Assembly (NCBI GenBank): GCA_963977015.1
Contig: CAXBMO010000036.1
Span: 1-46,688, forward strand
Source: an uncultured bacterium
GTDB taxonomy: Bacteria; Verrucomicrobiota; Verrucomicrobiia; Verrucomicrobiales; DEV007
Direction of reading: 5' to 3'
Length of the DNA: 46,688 bases
In this document: piece after piece, positions 28,363-39,003 of the stretch
Layout of the letters: every line of letters begins with the position of its first letter
Position numbering within the stretch: position 1 is the first letter of the stretch
Translations under genes and position numbers: made by a program
Notes under the pieces: generated by a model
The model's input: the letters and a program-made list of their open reading frames with translations, nothing else
What the model was told of the DNA's origin: nothing
Database searches by the model: none

Positions 28363-29835
28363 CTAAAGAGCCGGCGCCACCCAATCCGGGATTCCGCCTG
28401 CGGCTTTCTGCTTCAAGTAATTGGCTTCGAACGGCTTCTCCACATCGAGCGGAGCGTCTTCGTTGACCATCAGGGGCCGGGCTTTTGCCCACCAACCGTC
28501 GTAGGCCTTTCGCATTTCAGCGGCAACTTCCGGATGCTGCGCCAACACGTTGGTCGTCTCGCCCGGGTCGTTCTCGATATCGTAAAGCGCATCGGTTCCC
28601 ACCAATCGCCACTTGTCATTCCGCACGGCGAACCGCTTGTTTTTGTAGCTGTCAGGATTGGAATCTCCCTTCCCGAATTTCCCGCTCGCCCCCGCCTTCG
28701 GCCAACGGCCGGAATGGAAAAAGAGGGTTCGGTCATCCCACTCCGCCTCAGGATCCTTGATCAGCGGCATGAGACTGCGACCTTCCAACCCGAACTCGGT
28801 AACATCGACTCCGGCCAGGTCGGCGAAGGTCGGAAAGATGTCGATGTGACGAGCCAATTGATCGAGGTCACGCCCCGCCTCGGTCACGCCGGGAAGCCGG
28901 AAAAACAGGGGAACGCGGGACCCACCTTGATTGGTGGAACCCTTGCCGCCTTTCATGCCCGCATTGAAAATCCGCGAGCCTTTCGAACTGCCGTTGTCGG
29001 TCGTGAAGATGAGCAGGGTCTCATCCGCAATCCCCCACTCTTCCAGTTTCTCCATGATCAGCCCGACGTTTTCGTCGATGTTCGTGATCATGCCGAAGAA
29101 GGCTGCCGAGTTCTCATCCTTCACGTGATCCCGATACATCGCCTTGTATTCCTCCCCGACGATGAAGGGGCCATGAGGGGCGTTGGTGGGAATGTAGGCA
29201 AAGAACGGTTGATCCTTTTGCTCGCGGATCCAGCCGAGCGCCTGCTGCACAAAGACATCGGTGCAGAATCCCTTCGTCTTCACGAAACTGCCGTTGTGGC
29301 GAATCGTGGGATCAAAGTAATCGTTCCCGGGAACATCGCCCTGGCTACCGTCGAAGTTCTGACCGATTCCACCCGCGCCGTGGATGAAGACCTCATCAAA
29401 GCCGCGACTCCCTGGTTGATAATCATCCGCTTCGCCAAGGTGCCACTTGCCGAAAATTCCGGTGGTGTATCCCCCTTTTTGAAGCGTCTCGGCGACGGTC
29501 GGCAAACCGAGCGCCATGCGCTCCCGCTCCAGAATTGTGTGGGTGACGCCCACCTCGAACGGGTTCCGGCCGGACATCAGCGCGGACCGCGTCGGAGCAC
29601 AGGTCGGGCTGACGTGGTAATCGGTAAACCGGGTGCTTTGCGAATACAGCTTGTCGAGATTCGGCGTCTTGAGGAACGGATGCCCATGACAGGCCAGGTC
29701 GCCATAACCCTGGTCATCCGTCATGAAAAAGATGATGTTGGGCTTCTTGTCGGCCTGAGCAGTCAGGAGCGCAAATCCGAAGAATAAAGTGACCAGAGAA
29801 CCAATCCTGGAGCCGGTATTGGAGAATAAGAACAT
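28363..29835 (-). CDS. Arylsulfatase (S1, formylglycine-dependent)
   Basis: KPNIIFFMTDDQGYGD, CAPTRSALMSGR, GKWHLG; signal peptide. Confidence 0.95.
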   Translation of the reverse strand: MFLFSNTGSRIGSLVTLFFGFALLTAQADKKPNIIFFMTDDQGYGDLACHGHPFLKTPNLDKLYSQSTRFTDYHVSPTCAPTRSALMSGRNPFEVGVTHTILERERMALGLPTVAETLQKGGYTTGIFGKWHLGEADDYQPGSRGFDEVFIHGAGGIGQNFDGSQGDVPGNDYFDPTIRHNGSFVKTKGFCTDVFVQQALGWIREQKDQPFFAYIPTNAPHGPFIVGEEYKAMYRDHVKDENSAAFFGMITNIDENVGLIMEKLEEWGIADETLLIFTTDNGSSKGSRIFNAGMKGGKGSTNQGGSRVPLFFRLPGVTEAGRDLDQLARHIDIFPTFADLAGVDVTEFGLEGRSLMPLIKDPEAEWDDRTLFFHSGRWPKAGASGKFGKGDSNPDSYKNKRFAVRNDKWRLVGTDALYDIENDPGETTNVLAQHPEVAAEMRKAYDGWWAKARPLMVNEDAPLDVEKPFEANYLKQKAAGGIPDWVAPAL

Positions 29836-29864
29836 GGTAGTTTTTGGTAAAGTTCGTGAGGATG

Positions 29865-31400
29865 CTACTCGTTGAATGACAGACTGAGAGCCTCGAGCAT
29901 GGGTTTCGATTTGTTCTCCGTGGAGTCTTCGATTTTCACCTCGATCTGAAATCCAAATCCCTCCGGCAATCCGGACAGATTCATTTCCGCCGGAGTTTTC
30001 GCGATCTGTTTGGCGTAACCCGGGATGTAATCATAGGATTCCTTGACCTCCTGCCAATCGGTCCACTGATCGATCTTCTGATCGTTGTCGGTATCGACAC
30101 CCACACGGGCGGTGACGGTTTCGACCCAGGGACCGGGGCTGACGTAATCGACCTTCTGTTGCGTGGCGAGATAGAACTGGCCTTCGGCGAAACAGACGTC
30201 CGGATCGGGATGACCATTGCCGATATGGTCGCACCAGGTGAACTGCTCATCCATCGATGGCGAGGTGAACCAGCCAACGCTCATCTGGTGACCGCCTGCC
30301 GGATCGTAATCGCCAAACAGATAGTATTGGCCGCCGATGCAGATCGCGGCCCAGTCACCGTAGGCTTCCTGCTCCGGTTCGTGAATCTCATATTCGGCCT
30401 CGTTGGTTTTGTAGTTCTTGGGATCTTCCTTGGCCCAATGCGGGTGCTTGTAGGTGCCGATTTTTCCGGTCGGTGTTGTGCGGTTATCGACGGCGGGCGC
30501 CTTGAACTCAAATCCGTCCAGCCCGTTTGGACTGACAGCATGGCCGGCGAGCGGCGAATCCCAGGATCGTTTGTTCGCGGAAATCGGGCTCCAATCCTCG
30601 ATGATGACATGCACGTTGCCGTCGAGATCGCGGATGAATCCGGCATCGGAACCGTGGGACGGATCCTTGACCGCCATCCCCTTGTTCTCTCCCGGCTCGC
30701 CGTCCGTCAGATCCGCATCGACATAGACGTGCGGGTCCTGATCATTCGGAAAATCATAATAGATCAGCGCCTTCCCATCGATCATCTCCGCATTGGTGAC
30801 CCACTTGGAAAATCCTTCCGTCACCGGACCATGATGCACCCAATTGACCATGTCGCGGCTTTGCCAGGCATGATACCCGCCTTTCCCAGGTTTGAGGCCA
30901 CCCGGAGCATCATACTGATTCGCGAAGCGGGTCGTCTGCAGCGGAATATCGAAGCCCTCCAACGTCGCTTCGGCCGGAGTAAACGCCGGGAGCGGTTTTG
31001 GTTTCTCCCCTTTTTTCCGTCGGGGCTGGCCACTGCCATAGCGACCAAACATCCAGTAGTTGTCCGGCCCCATGGTCAGGAGAACGGGCGCATCCTGCAG
31101 GTTGATCGGTCCCAGGTTCTCGATCGGGATCCAGTTCTGCCAAATCGCGGATTGGGTGATGGTCAAGGATGCGGCGGAGCGTTTGCTGTCAAAAGATTGC
31201 ATCTTCGTCTGCAGGCTGCCGGACGCTTCGGTTGGCGCGGCGACGCCTTTCTCGATCGTGATTCCCTCGGATGAAGCGATCTCCGACTTCCACTCGGCTT
31301 CACTCGCAATGTTCCAGGTTTCCGCCCACACGCAGGGCAGAAGGGATAATGAAAACAGGGTCGCTAACGCGGTGGGTTTGATGTGGGGCTGTTGGTTCAT
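29865..31400 (-). CDS. Secreted hypothetical protein, possible beta-propeller glycoside hydrolase-like
   Basis: Signal peptide; DAPV..., WQSRDMVNWVHHGPV Asp-box-like motif, GHPDPD; lies in the sulfatase cluster. Confidence 0.6.
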   Translation of the reverse strand: MNQQPHIKPTALATLFSLSLLPCVWAETWNIASEAEWKSEIASSEGITIEKGVAAPTEASGSLQTKMQSFDSKRSAASLTITQSAIWQNWIPIENLGPINLQDAPVLLTMGPDNYWMFGRYGSGQPRRKKGEKPKPLPAFTPAEATLEGFDIPLQTTRFANQYDAPGGLKPGKGGYHAWQSRDMVNWVHHGPVTEGFSKWVTNAEMIDGKALIYYDFPNDQDPHVYVDADLTDGEPGENKGMAVKDPSHGSDAGFIRDLDGNVHVIIEDWSPISANKRSWDSPLAGHAVSPNGLDGFEFKAPAVDNRTTPTGKIGTYKHPHWAKEDPKNYKTNEAEYEIHEPEQEAYGDWAAICIGGQYYLFGDYDPAGGHQMSVGWFTSPSMDEQFTWCDHIGNGHPDPDVCFAEGQFYLATQQKVDYVSPGPWVETVTARVGVDTDNDQKIDQWTDWQEVKESYDYIPGYAKQIAKTPAEMNLSGLPEGFGFQIEVKIEDSTENKSKPMLEALSLSFNE

Positions 31401-31561
31401 GGGTTTTGAATGGATCAGGGGTCGGTCGATTGCGAGATGGGAAAATCTTCAAACGGAAGCGGCGATTTCGACCTCGTCATCAGGCCAATGTCTTCGTAAG
31501 CAGGTGGGTCAACATTTTTGGCGGAATTCGGCTCGTCCTCTTGCTAAATCCCATGGCGCGA

Positions 31562-33049
31562 CTACTTCGCGGACGGCTTCTTCTTGGCTGGCTTCCTCAC
31601 CAATCTGGGAAAAACCGGTTTTGCCGGGCGCTCGGTGAGGGGATCGAAGAAGCGCATGTTCTCTCCCACCCGATCGTAATCCCCGATATCGGCCCGTGCC
31701 TCTTCCGCCAACTTCAACAGACGTTCCACGACTTCCGGGTGCGCATCGGCAACGCTCTTCGTTTCTCCGGGATCCGCATTCAAATCGACCAGAAAGGGTT
31801 CATCAATCGCGATCCAATCGGCCGGGGCAATGTGATTGTTCCTTGAGAATCTCCCCAACCAGGGAGGATTGGCAGGACGAGGCAAATGGAGCTTCCACTG
31901 GCCCTGCCGCACCGCCTGAAGCGTGTTGATAAAGTAATAGCGGAAGACGCGATCCGGATCGGCCGCTTCGAAATCGCCCGCAAAGAGATGGCGGATATCG
32001 ACCCCGTCGATCACACGGTCAGTCGGCGCCTCGGTTCCGGCAAGCTTCGCAAACGTGGGCAGCAGATCGATCGTCGCCGCGATCTGGTCGCACTCCGTTC
32101 GAGCAGGAACCCGGTCAGGCGCCCACAGAATGGTGGGAACGCGAACCCCGCCTTCCCAGGTCGAAACTTTGCCACTCCGCAGCGGCCCCGCCGAACCTCC
32201 GTGATCGGAAGGCAAATGCCCGTCGGCGCGATTCTTGTTCTTGATCAGCCAGGGGCCGTTGTCGCTCGTGAAGAGAAAATAGGTGTTCCCGGCCAGGTCG
32301 AACTTCTTCAGCGTATCGATGATGCGCCCGCAGCTGAAATCGATCTCCTCGACGGCATCCCCGTAGAGGCCCCGCGCCGACTTGCCTTTGAAGTCCGGCG
32401 AGGCATCCAATCTCGTGTGAACCATGGTGTAAGGCACGTACGCGAAGAACGGCTTTTCATGATTCCGCTCGATAAACCCGATGACCTCGTCGGTGTAACG
32501 TTGGGTGAGCATTCCCATGTTGGCGTTTGCCTCGATCATCTCCTCATTCCGATACAGATCGACTGAGCGATCGTTGCTCGATGGTGTTCCGAAGAAATCG
32601 TCAAACCCCTGGTGATTGGGCATCAACTTCGGATCAAAGTCGCTCTGCGAGTGCCCGGCCATATCCCACTTCCCAAAGCATCCCGTCGCGTAGCCCTTTG
32701 CTTTCAGCACCTCGGCGATCGTGATTTCATCCGTGTGCACGACGGGATGGATCTCCTTCACATTCCCCTTTTCCGCGACTCGCAGGGGATGGCTTCCGGT
32801 CATCAAAGCGGTTCGCGACGGTCCGCAAATATGCTGCGCATAAAAATGGGTAAACCGCATCCCTTCCTCGGCGAGTTGATCCAAAACCGGCGTCCGAATA
32901 TCCGGCGACCCAAAACAGCCGAGATCCGCATAACCAAGATCATCGACGAAAATCACGACAAAGTTGGGAGCCTGGTCTTCGGCTCGAAGGGATGACGCAA
33001 CAAGCAGAAGCGAGGTGAGGACGAACAGGAGGGTGAAGGCTGGTTTCAT
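31562..33049 (-). CDS. Sulfatase (S1)
   Basis: Likely start MKPAF (33049); PNFVVIFVDDLGYAD, CGPSRTALMTG, GKWDMA. Confidence 0.93.
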   Translation of the reverse strand: MKPAFTLLFVLTSLLLVASSLRAEDQAPNFVVIFVDDLGYADLGCFGSPDIRTPVLDQLAEEGMRFTHFYAQHICGPSRTALMTGSHPLRVAEKGNVKEIHPVVHTDEITIAEVLKAKGYATGCFGKWDMAGHSQSDFDPKLMPNHQGFDDFFGTPSSNDRSVDLYRNEEMIEANANMGMLTQRYTDEVIGFIERNHEKPFFAYVPYTMVHTRLDASPDFKGKSARGLYGDAVEEIDFSCGRIIDTLKKFDLAGNTYFLFTSDNGPWLIKNKNRADGHLPSDHGGSAGPLRSGKVSTWEGGVRVPTILWAPDRVPARTECDQIAATIDLLPTFAKLAGTEAPTDRVIDGVDIRHLFAGDFEAADPDRVFRYYFINTLQAVRQGQWKLHLPRPANPPWLGRFSRNNHIAPADWIAIDEPFLVDLNADPGETKSVADAHPEVVERLLKLAEEARADIGDYDRVGENMRFFDPLTERPAKPVFPRLVRKPAKKKPSAK

Positions 33050-33074
33050 GATCAGTGAGTGTGTGTTTTCCAAT

Positions 33075-34460
33075 TTACTTCGCCAGCGCGACGGGATTCT
33101 CCACGAAGGCGGCAGGTCGACTGTTCTCCGCAATGTCTTTTCTGAAATCGGCAAGATATCCCTGAAGCCGCTTGGCGATCTCCGCATTCTCGTCCAACAG
33201 GTTTTTCGATTCCCCGACATCGGTTTTCAGATTGAAGAGCGCGGACGGTTTCCCCTTGTTGAGATGAAGTTTCCAATCTCCCGATCGCACCGCTTTGAGC
33301 TCATTCCCGCGATGATAGAAAAACGCTTCGTGCGGGGATTTTGTGTCGCCGGAAAGGACCGGCCAAATATCCCTGCCATCGATCACCCGATCCGCCGGGA
33401 CTTCGGCTCCCGCCAATTTGGCAAACGTGGGCAACAGGTCCATCGCCGTCATCAGCTCCCCATTTGGCTGACCTGCGGGTATCTTGCCAGGCCAACGAAT
33501 GACCGTCGGCTCCCGCATCCCGCCTTCAAAGGTGCTGCCTTTCCGGCCTTTCAACGGTCCCGCTTTTCCAATTGCCGGCCCATTGTCTGAAGTGAAAATC
33601 ACGAGCGTGTTTTCATCGATCCCGTTCGCCTTCAACGTATCGAGAATCCGGCCAACGGACCAGTCGATTTCGTTGATCGCCTGGCGGAACAGCTTGTCCC
33701 GCGTTTTGTAGTCCACCGTCCCCTGCTCGTCGTTCAGTTTGTCGATGACCTCGCTCGATACACCTTCCATGAATGGAGGCGAAACGTGAAGCGGCCTATG
33801 TGGAATGGGATGGGGAATGTAGATGAAAAACGGGTCATCCTTGTTTTCCTCAATGAACGCCACGGCGTGTTCGGTGATTCGTCGGGTCAGGTGATCGGCA
33901 TCCGGGTCCATCTCAATCACCGTCTCCTGATCGAGAAGTGGGAGTGAAGGAAACTGGTGTTTCTTTTGCGAAGGATGAAAGGGATGAATGTCGTGGCTGT
34001 ATGGGATCCCAAAATACTCGTCAAAACCCTGCCGAGTCGGGAGAAACCCGGGCTGATCGCCGAGATGCCACTTGCCGAACATCCCGGTTTTATAGCCCAC
34101 GCCTTTGAGAACTTCCGCGATGGTGATCTCGTCAGGATTGAGCCCCTTTGGATCCCGCGCCAGAAGCACCCCAAAGTTCGATCCCGTCGCCATGTCGATC
34201 CGTTTCGGATAACAACCCGTCATCAGGGCAGCCCGGGATGGCGTGCAAACCGGGGCTGCAACATAGAAGCTGGTCAGCTTCGCGCCTTCCGCAGCCATCT
34301 GATCGAGCCGCGGCGTGTTGACATGCTTCCCTCCAAAGCAGCTGAGGTCTCCGTAGCCCTGATCATCGGTAAAGATGATGATGAAGTTGGGCTTGCGTTC
34401 GCCCGCAGCTCCAGCGGCGACGATCAGAGCAGCCCAGATGATGAGTAGACGTTGTTTCAT
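33075..34460 (-). CDS. Sulfatase (S1)
   Basis: PNFIIIFTDDQGYGD, CTPSRAALMTG, GKWHLG. Confidence 0.95.
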   Translation of the reverse strand: MKQRLLIIWAALIVAAGAAGERKPNFIIIFTDDQGYGDLSCFGGKHVNTPRLDQMAAEGAKLTSFYVAAPVCTPSRAALMTGCYPKRIDMATGSNFGVLLARDPKGLNPDEITIAEVLKGVGYKTGMFGKWHLGDQPGFLPTRQGFDEYFGIPYSHDIHPFHPSQKKHQFPSLPLLDQETVIEMDPDADHLTRRITEHAVAFIEENKDDPFFIYIPHPIPHRPLHVSPPFMEGVSSEVIDKLNDEQGTVDYKTRDKLFRQAINEIDWSVGRILDTLKANGIDENTLVIFTSDNGPAIGKAGPLKGRKGSTFEGGMREPTVIRWPGKIPAGQPNGELMTAMDLLPTFAKLAGAEVPADRVIDGRDIWPVLSGDTKSPHEAFFYHRGNELKAVRSGDWKLHLNKGKPSALFNLKTDVGESKNLLDENAEIAKRLQGYLADFRKDIAENSRPAAFVENPVALAK

Positions 34461-34465
34461 GCGTG

Positions 34466-36055
34466 TTACTTGATACAGATGATCTCTTTCATGGTGTGAG
34501 CGTAAAGATGGCCTCCTGCATAGGTCAGAGATGCCAGCGTCCAGGTTTCTCCGCCCGGCCCGAGATCGTTGATCGAAACGATGGATTCGGGTGAAAGTTC
34601 TTCCGTTTCCGTGTCGATCACATGGACGGTTCCCGTCACCATCGAGAGAAACAGATATTTTCCGACTCGCGTGGGGCTGGCCACGGAGATGTGCCCAAAA
34701 CCGGTTCCATTGTGGCCCTTGTCACCAACCGCAAACCCAGCCGCATTGAGCGGCTTGTTCCCCGGGTTTCCGGTTCCCCACAGGCGCACATCGCCGGCTC
34801 TGGATTCGCTGTCCGGCAGGAGCTGCGCGGGGAGCTCCAGATACTCCACCACTCCGGTCTCGACGTTGACTCGTCCGAGAAAGGGGAAGTCATGAACGAG
34901 GAACCAATGCCAATCGCCAATCAACAGATTCGCCTGGTTGGTGTTGGGATGACGTTTCCCTGCCTTGACCTCAGCGCCTGTCTCCCTGGCCCAATCGCCC
35001 TTCTCGGGAACATATTTCCACAACGTCGCGCCTCGATCGACCGGTTGTTCGCGCAGGATTTCCCCAGTCCCGGCATCCATCACCAAATGATTCAACCTTC
35101 GGAATCCCAGGACGTACTTTTCGTTCCAATGTGAGGCGGAGGAGGGATCGTAACCGGTCACTTCCGTGCTCCAAAGTGTCTTGCCTGCTTCGCCCGGCGC
35201 CAGACTGGTAAGGCTCTGACCCGCAGGTTTTTCGAGGGGACCGTGCGGCCCGCCTCGGGCATGCGATATGGCCAGCCTGCCGTCCGCGGTTTTGCCGATC
35301 ACCGGGGTATTGTGCACCACGGTTCCCACGTCTTCCCGCCAGAGAACTTCGCCGGTTCGTTTGTCGATTCCGTGGATATACGTCCAGACCTCTTTGGGGG
35401 CGACACCCGCGGGAACGCTGAGGCCATTTTTCGCTTTTTTTCCGGGAGCGGCCCACTTTTGCATCTGGGCTCCCGCCGCTTTGTTGGCAACCTCGACATA
35501 GAGAATCGCATCGCCCACAAGGAATGGCTCCGCCTGTCGGTTGTTGTGCTTGAAACGCGGCGTCCATTCCCGCAGCCAAACCTCTTTCCCTTCGAAATCA
35601 TAACAGCCGATGGAGCCGCAGCGGTTGAAAAACCAGACATGTTCCCCATCAGTGATCGGGGCAAAAACGGTTCCGTCGGAAAAGCCTCCGGCCAACGAAA
35701 TCAACGCCGTTCCCGGCAAGGTGACCTGCCAGCGTATCTCGCCAGTCTTCGCATCGAGACAGAATCCGATGATGTCCTTGACGCCTTCCTTCTCCTCCAA
35801 CGTCTTGATCGGAACATGGGTGGTCACAAACACGTGATCTTCCCAAATGGTGACATTGCTCATGCCCGCCTCCGGCATCGGGGCTCTCCAGCGAACATTC
35901 TCGTTTCGCGTCACACTCCATTGGGTAGGCGGCTCCCCATCCACCTGCCAGTTTCCGTTGGGGCCGGCGGCTTGATTCCAATTGTCAGCGGAGCAAACGG
36001 CATGGGGCAGAGCAAAGGCCGCCACCGCAAGCAGCCCGAGGGAAAGGGTTTTCAT
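34466..36055 (-). CDS. PQQ-binding-like (BamB-type) beta-propeller repeat protein
   Basis: [11 protein letters not shown] start, repeated [26 protein letters not shown] blades; signal peptide. Confidence 0.85.
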   Translation of the reverse strand: MKTLSLGLLAVAAFALPHAVCSADNWNQAAGPNGNWQVDGEPPTQWSVTRNENVRWRAPMPEAGMSNVTIWEDHVFVTTHVPIKTLEEKEGVKDIIGFCLDAKTGEIRWQVTLPGTALISLAGGFSDGTVFAPITDGEHVWFFNRCGSIGCYDFEGKEVWLREWTPRFKHNNRQAEPFLVGDAILYVEVANKAAGAQMQKWAAPGKKAKNGLSVPAGVAPKEVWTYIHGIDKRTGEVLWREDVGTVVHNTPVIGKTADGRLAISHARGGPHGPLEKPAGQSLTSLAPGEAGKTLWSTEVTGYDPSSASHWNEKYVLGFRRLNHLVMDAGTGEILREQPVDRGATLWKYVPEKGDWARETGAEVKAGKRHPNTNQANLLIGDWHWFLVHDFPFLGRVNVETGVVEYLELPAQLLPDSESRAGDVRLWGTGNPGNKPLNAAGFAVGDKGHNGTGFGHISVASPTRVGKYLFLSMVTGTVHVIDTETEELSPESIVSINDLGPGGETWTLASLTYAGGHLYAHTMKEIICIK

Positions 36056-36168
36056 GATTGGAAAATGGATTGGGAATTCTGTCAGTGAGATGAAGGCGTC
36101 AAACTTGTCCCTCTTGGAAAAGCCAATGTCTTCTCGGCAAAATTGGTCAACGCTTCAGGTTGTGAATC

Positions 36169-37671
36169 TCAGTCTTTCAGAACCGAGCTTGGGGGTAAAG
36201 GCACATCATTCGCCCGGCGCCATTCGACCAATTGCTTCAACAGGAGGTCTGCCTGCTCCGGATGCGTGGACGCGAGGTCCTGACTCTCTTTCCGGTCTTT
36301 CCGCAGGTTGTAGAGCTCGATGTTTCCGTCCTTCAGGTATTGGATCAGCTTCCAGTCTCCCTTGCGCATGATTGAGGCGGGCGGATCCTTGTAGGTGCTG
36401 GCGAGGTGCCAGAAGATCGCACGCTCCTTCATCGGGTTGCCGTGCATGAGCGGAACCAGGCTATCGCCATCGAGCGTTCCCGAAAAGTCCGTGATTCCGG
36501 CCAACTCGAGAAACGTGGGAAAGTAGTCCATCCCTTGAATCGGTTCGTCGCTGCGTCCCGGCGCAACGGTCCCCGGCCAATTGATCAGGGCCGGCACCCG
36601 CAGGCCGCCTTCGTAGATATTCCCTTTCGCGCCGCGCAGATTCTCGTTTCGACTCTGAAGCCCGTTATAGCCGTTGTCGGAGGTGAACATGACGATCGTG
36701 TTTTCGCGGAGACCGGCTTGATCCAGATAATCCGTGATGCGTTTAACGTTCGCATCGATCGACATCACCATCGTGGCGTAGGCGGCAATTTCCTTGCGAC
36801 TCCCCTCCCCCTGCCCCGTGACCGGATCCGAAGGTTTGTTCAGGAAATGCGCCAGCGATTCCTCACTTCTCGAAACGGACGGACGATGCGGCGCATAGAA
36901 ATGGAGATTCACGAAAAAGGGGCCTTCCTTGTGCCGCTCCATGAAGTCGATCGCATCGGACGTGAGACGATCGGTGAGCCAATCGTCGCCCTCTGCCTTC
37001 TCCGCGATGAAGGGATTCTTATACGGGGCCTTGTAGCCGCCGCCCGGGGCACGGTAACCGTTTTCATACCCGCGCGACGGATCGCCCCACCACGTCCCGC
37101 CGACATTTTCATGAAAGCCTCTTCCAACCGGATAATATTGCTGAATCTCCGGCGATTGATGCGCCTCCAGCCAACTCAAATCTCCGTTTCGCGGCTGGCC
37201 CAGTTTCTTGTTCCGCGGAAACTCGGTTTCCTGCTCCGGATGCGGTCCGACAATGTGCCATTTGCCGAGATGGATGAGTTGATAACCGGCTTCATGGAGT
37301 GGCTGCGCAAAAACGGGATGCTCCAATTCGACGGTCCACCTCGAAAATAGGTTGTCGCGGCTCGTTCCTTTCTCCAACACGGGCACGGTGTAGCAACCGG
37401 TGCGGAAGGACTGCTTTCCGGTCAGCAGCGCCGCGCGCGAAGGCGAACAGGTTGGATACATGTAGGCCTGATTGAGAACCAGACTCTGTTCGGCAAGCGC
37501 ATCCAGGTTCGGAGTCTCGAAATAGGTGCTCCCCATAAAGCCGACATCCTGCATGCCCAGATCATCGGCCAGAATGAAAACCACGTTGGGTTTTGAAGGC
37601 GGCTCCGCCGACAAATCGCCTCCCCACGTCAACAGGCAAACCGATCCCAGAATCAACAAGGCGTTCTTCAT
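36169..37671 (-). CDS. Sulfatase (S1)
   Basis: Likely start MKNALL (37671); PNVVFILADDLG, CSPSRAALLTG, GKWHI. Confidence 0.93.
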   Translation of the reverse strand: MKNALLILGSVCLLTWGGDLSAEPPSKPNVVFILADDLGMQDVGFMGSTYFETPNLDALAEQSLVLNQAYMYPTCSPSRAALLTGKQSFRTGCYTVPVLEKGTSRDNLFSRWTVELEHPVFAQPLHEAGYQLIHLGKWHIVGPHPEQETEFPRNKKLGQPRNGDLSWLEAHQSPEIQQYYPVGRGFHENVGGTWWGDPSRGYENGYRAPGGGYKAPYKNPFIAEKAEGDDWLTDRLTSDAIDFMERHKEGPFFVNLHFYAPHRPSVSRSEESLAHFLNKPSDPVTGQGEGSRKEIAAYATMVMSIDANVKRITDYLDQAGLRENTIVMFTSDNGYNGLQSRNENLRGAKGNIYEGGLRVPALINWPGTVAPGRSDEPIQGMDYFPTFLELAGITDFSGTLDGDSLVPLMHGNPMKERAIFWHLASTYKDPPASIMRKGDWKLIQYLKDGNIELYNLRKDRKESQDLASTHPEQADLLLKQLVEWRRANDVPLPPSSVLKD

Positions 37672-38208
37672 GCCACACAAGGTTTGTTGTCTGCAACGAC
37701 CGCGCGAACGCTGTTCAGGATGGGTGGCATGATTCTGATTGAAAGGAGTTCCGCTCGCCTTGTCGAGTCTTTCGAGAGCAGACTCACCATTCTGATCCGC
37801 CTCGTTTGAAGCGCCATGTTCAATCTCCACATCTGCATTCAATCACGGACGAATGGCATTTCTCGAATCCCTTGGAAACGAGTCGCGAAACGAGTCGCAG
37901 GACGTTTCCACCAACGTTCTCTGAGGGTTTGAGCGCCCCGTGGTATTCAACCCATAGCCAGATCCTGACAACGAAGAATGATTCCTCAGAAAACGCAGCC
38001 CTTTCCGAACTGCTGCGCGAATGGACCGTCGAGGTCGAAGCTCCGCCAGGTTTCCGGCGCAGAGTGAGGGAACGACTGCTCAGAAGCACGGAGGCCTCAA
38101 CGAATCGCTCCCCGCTTCCATCCTGTTGTCCCTCCCAAACCCAGCACTTTCACTTCTCGACACGTTAGGAAACGTTCTTCCTTTGTCCCCTTGACGAAAC
38201 CTCAACCA

Positions 38209-38335
38209 TATCAACGTCAAGGGTGACCCGCCACCTACAGACAGCGCCACTCCGCAATAGGGTTAAGGGTTGAAGTAAACAGGATCATGTCGACTCGGGG
38301 CGTGTAGGCGGTTGGTATCCCCCCCTTTTTTCTGT
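38209..38335 (-). other. attC site of cassette 7 (127 bp, degenerate R'')
   Basis: ACAGAAA...CCGCCTAC...GTAGGTGG...GTTGATA; R'' should be ACAGAAC to match the cassette start GTTCTGT. Confidence 0.75.
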
Positions 38336-38866
38336 CCGTTTTTCGGATTCGAGAAACCAAACGCCGTAACGAACCTTCTTCACTTGTTGCCATTTGCCGC
38401 ACGTGAAGTCCATGTGGAAGCTTAGGTCATCAAGACCCGCTCCCGTCTGCGCGATAGCTGCCCATGCCTTCCCGTCCGCTCTTTCCCAGTATTTGTTCTG
38501 GGGTAGCGATGGTCTGTATGCAAATAATCCAGTCACAAATTGAGGTTTGTCCGATCGTTCGACCCAATCATGATCATTTGAATAGGCGTCGAAACAGGCC
38601 TTCCGGAAATCTGCCGAAAAGGCACGTTCGGATGTGTGCCAAACCATGGCGGCGGCATTATCGACATACCCTATCGAGACATCAATTCCGTCATGCTCGA
38701 ACTCGTGCTCGGGGAATCGACTCGTTGGATCTCCAAGGTGAACTACTGGGCCATACCGCTCTTTGGAACGATCCAATTCTTCTCCCAGGTCCGCATCGAA
38801 CTTGCGCCATCGAATCGTGTCGCGTGCCCACCGGTAGGCCCGGAGAATTCGATGGTGGAGTGGCAT
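38285..38866 (-). CDS. Cassette 7: hypothetical protein
   Basis: ATG 10 nt after R' GTTCTGT; ORF reads into its attC. Confidence 0.7.
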   Translation of the reverse strand: MPLHHRILRAYRWARDTIRWRKFDADLGEELDRSKERYGPVVHLGDPTSRFPEHEFEHDGIDVSIGYVDNAAAMVWHTSERAFSADFRKACFDAYSNDHDWVERSDKPQFVTGLFAYRPSLPQNKYWERADGKAWAAIAQTGAGLDDLSFHMDFTCGKWQQVKKVRYGVWFLESEKRTEKRGGYQPPTRPEST

Positions 38867-38876
38867 CAGCTTTTAC

Positions 38877-39003
38877 ACAGAACGGCAGCGCTGACCAGCA
38901 CGAACCGGGAGCGCCACATCACAGCAGGTAGAGAGTTGTAGTGGGTGATGCACTTTCTGGTCACACCGTAGGGTCCGTGTCTGTGTCCGGCGCATTGTTA
39001 GTC
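38877..39003 (-). other. attC site of cassette 6 (127 bp)
   Basis: GACTAAC (contains stop TAA) ... GTTCTGT with imperfectly paired arms. Confidence 0.8.

Noticed and set aside
28363-38208. Sulfatase genes as a continuation of the cassette array
   Set aside because: Same strand, but no attC hairpins between them and host-like composition.
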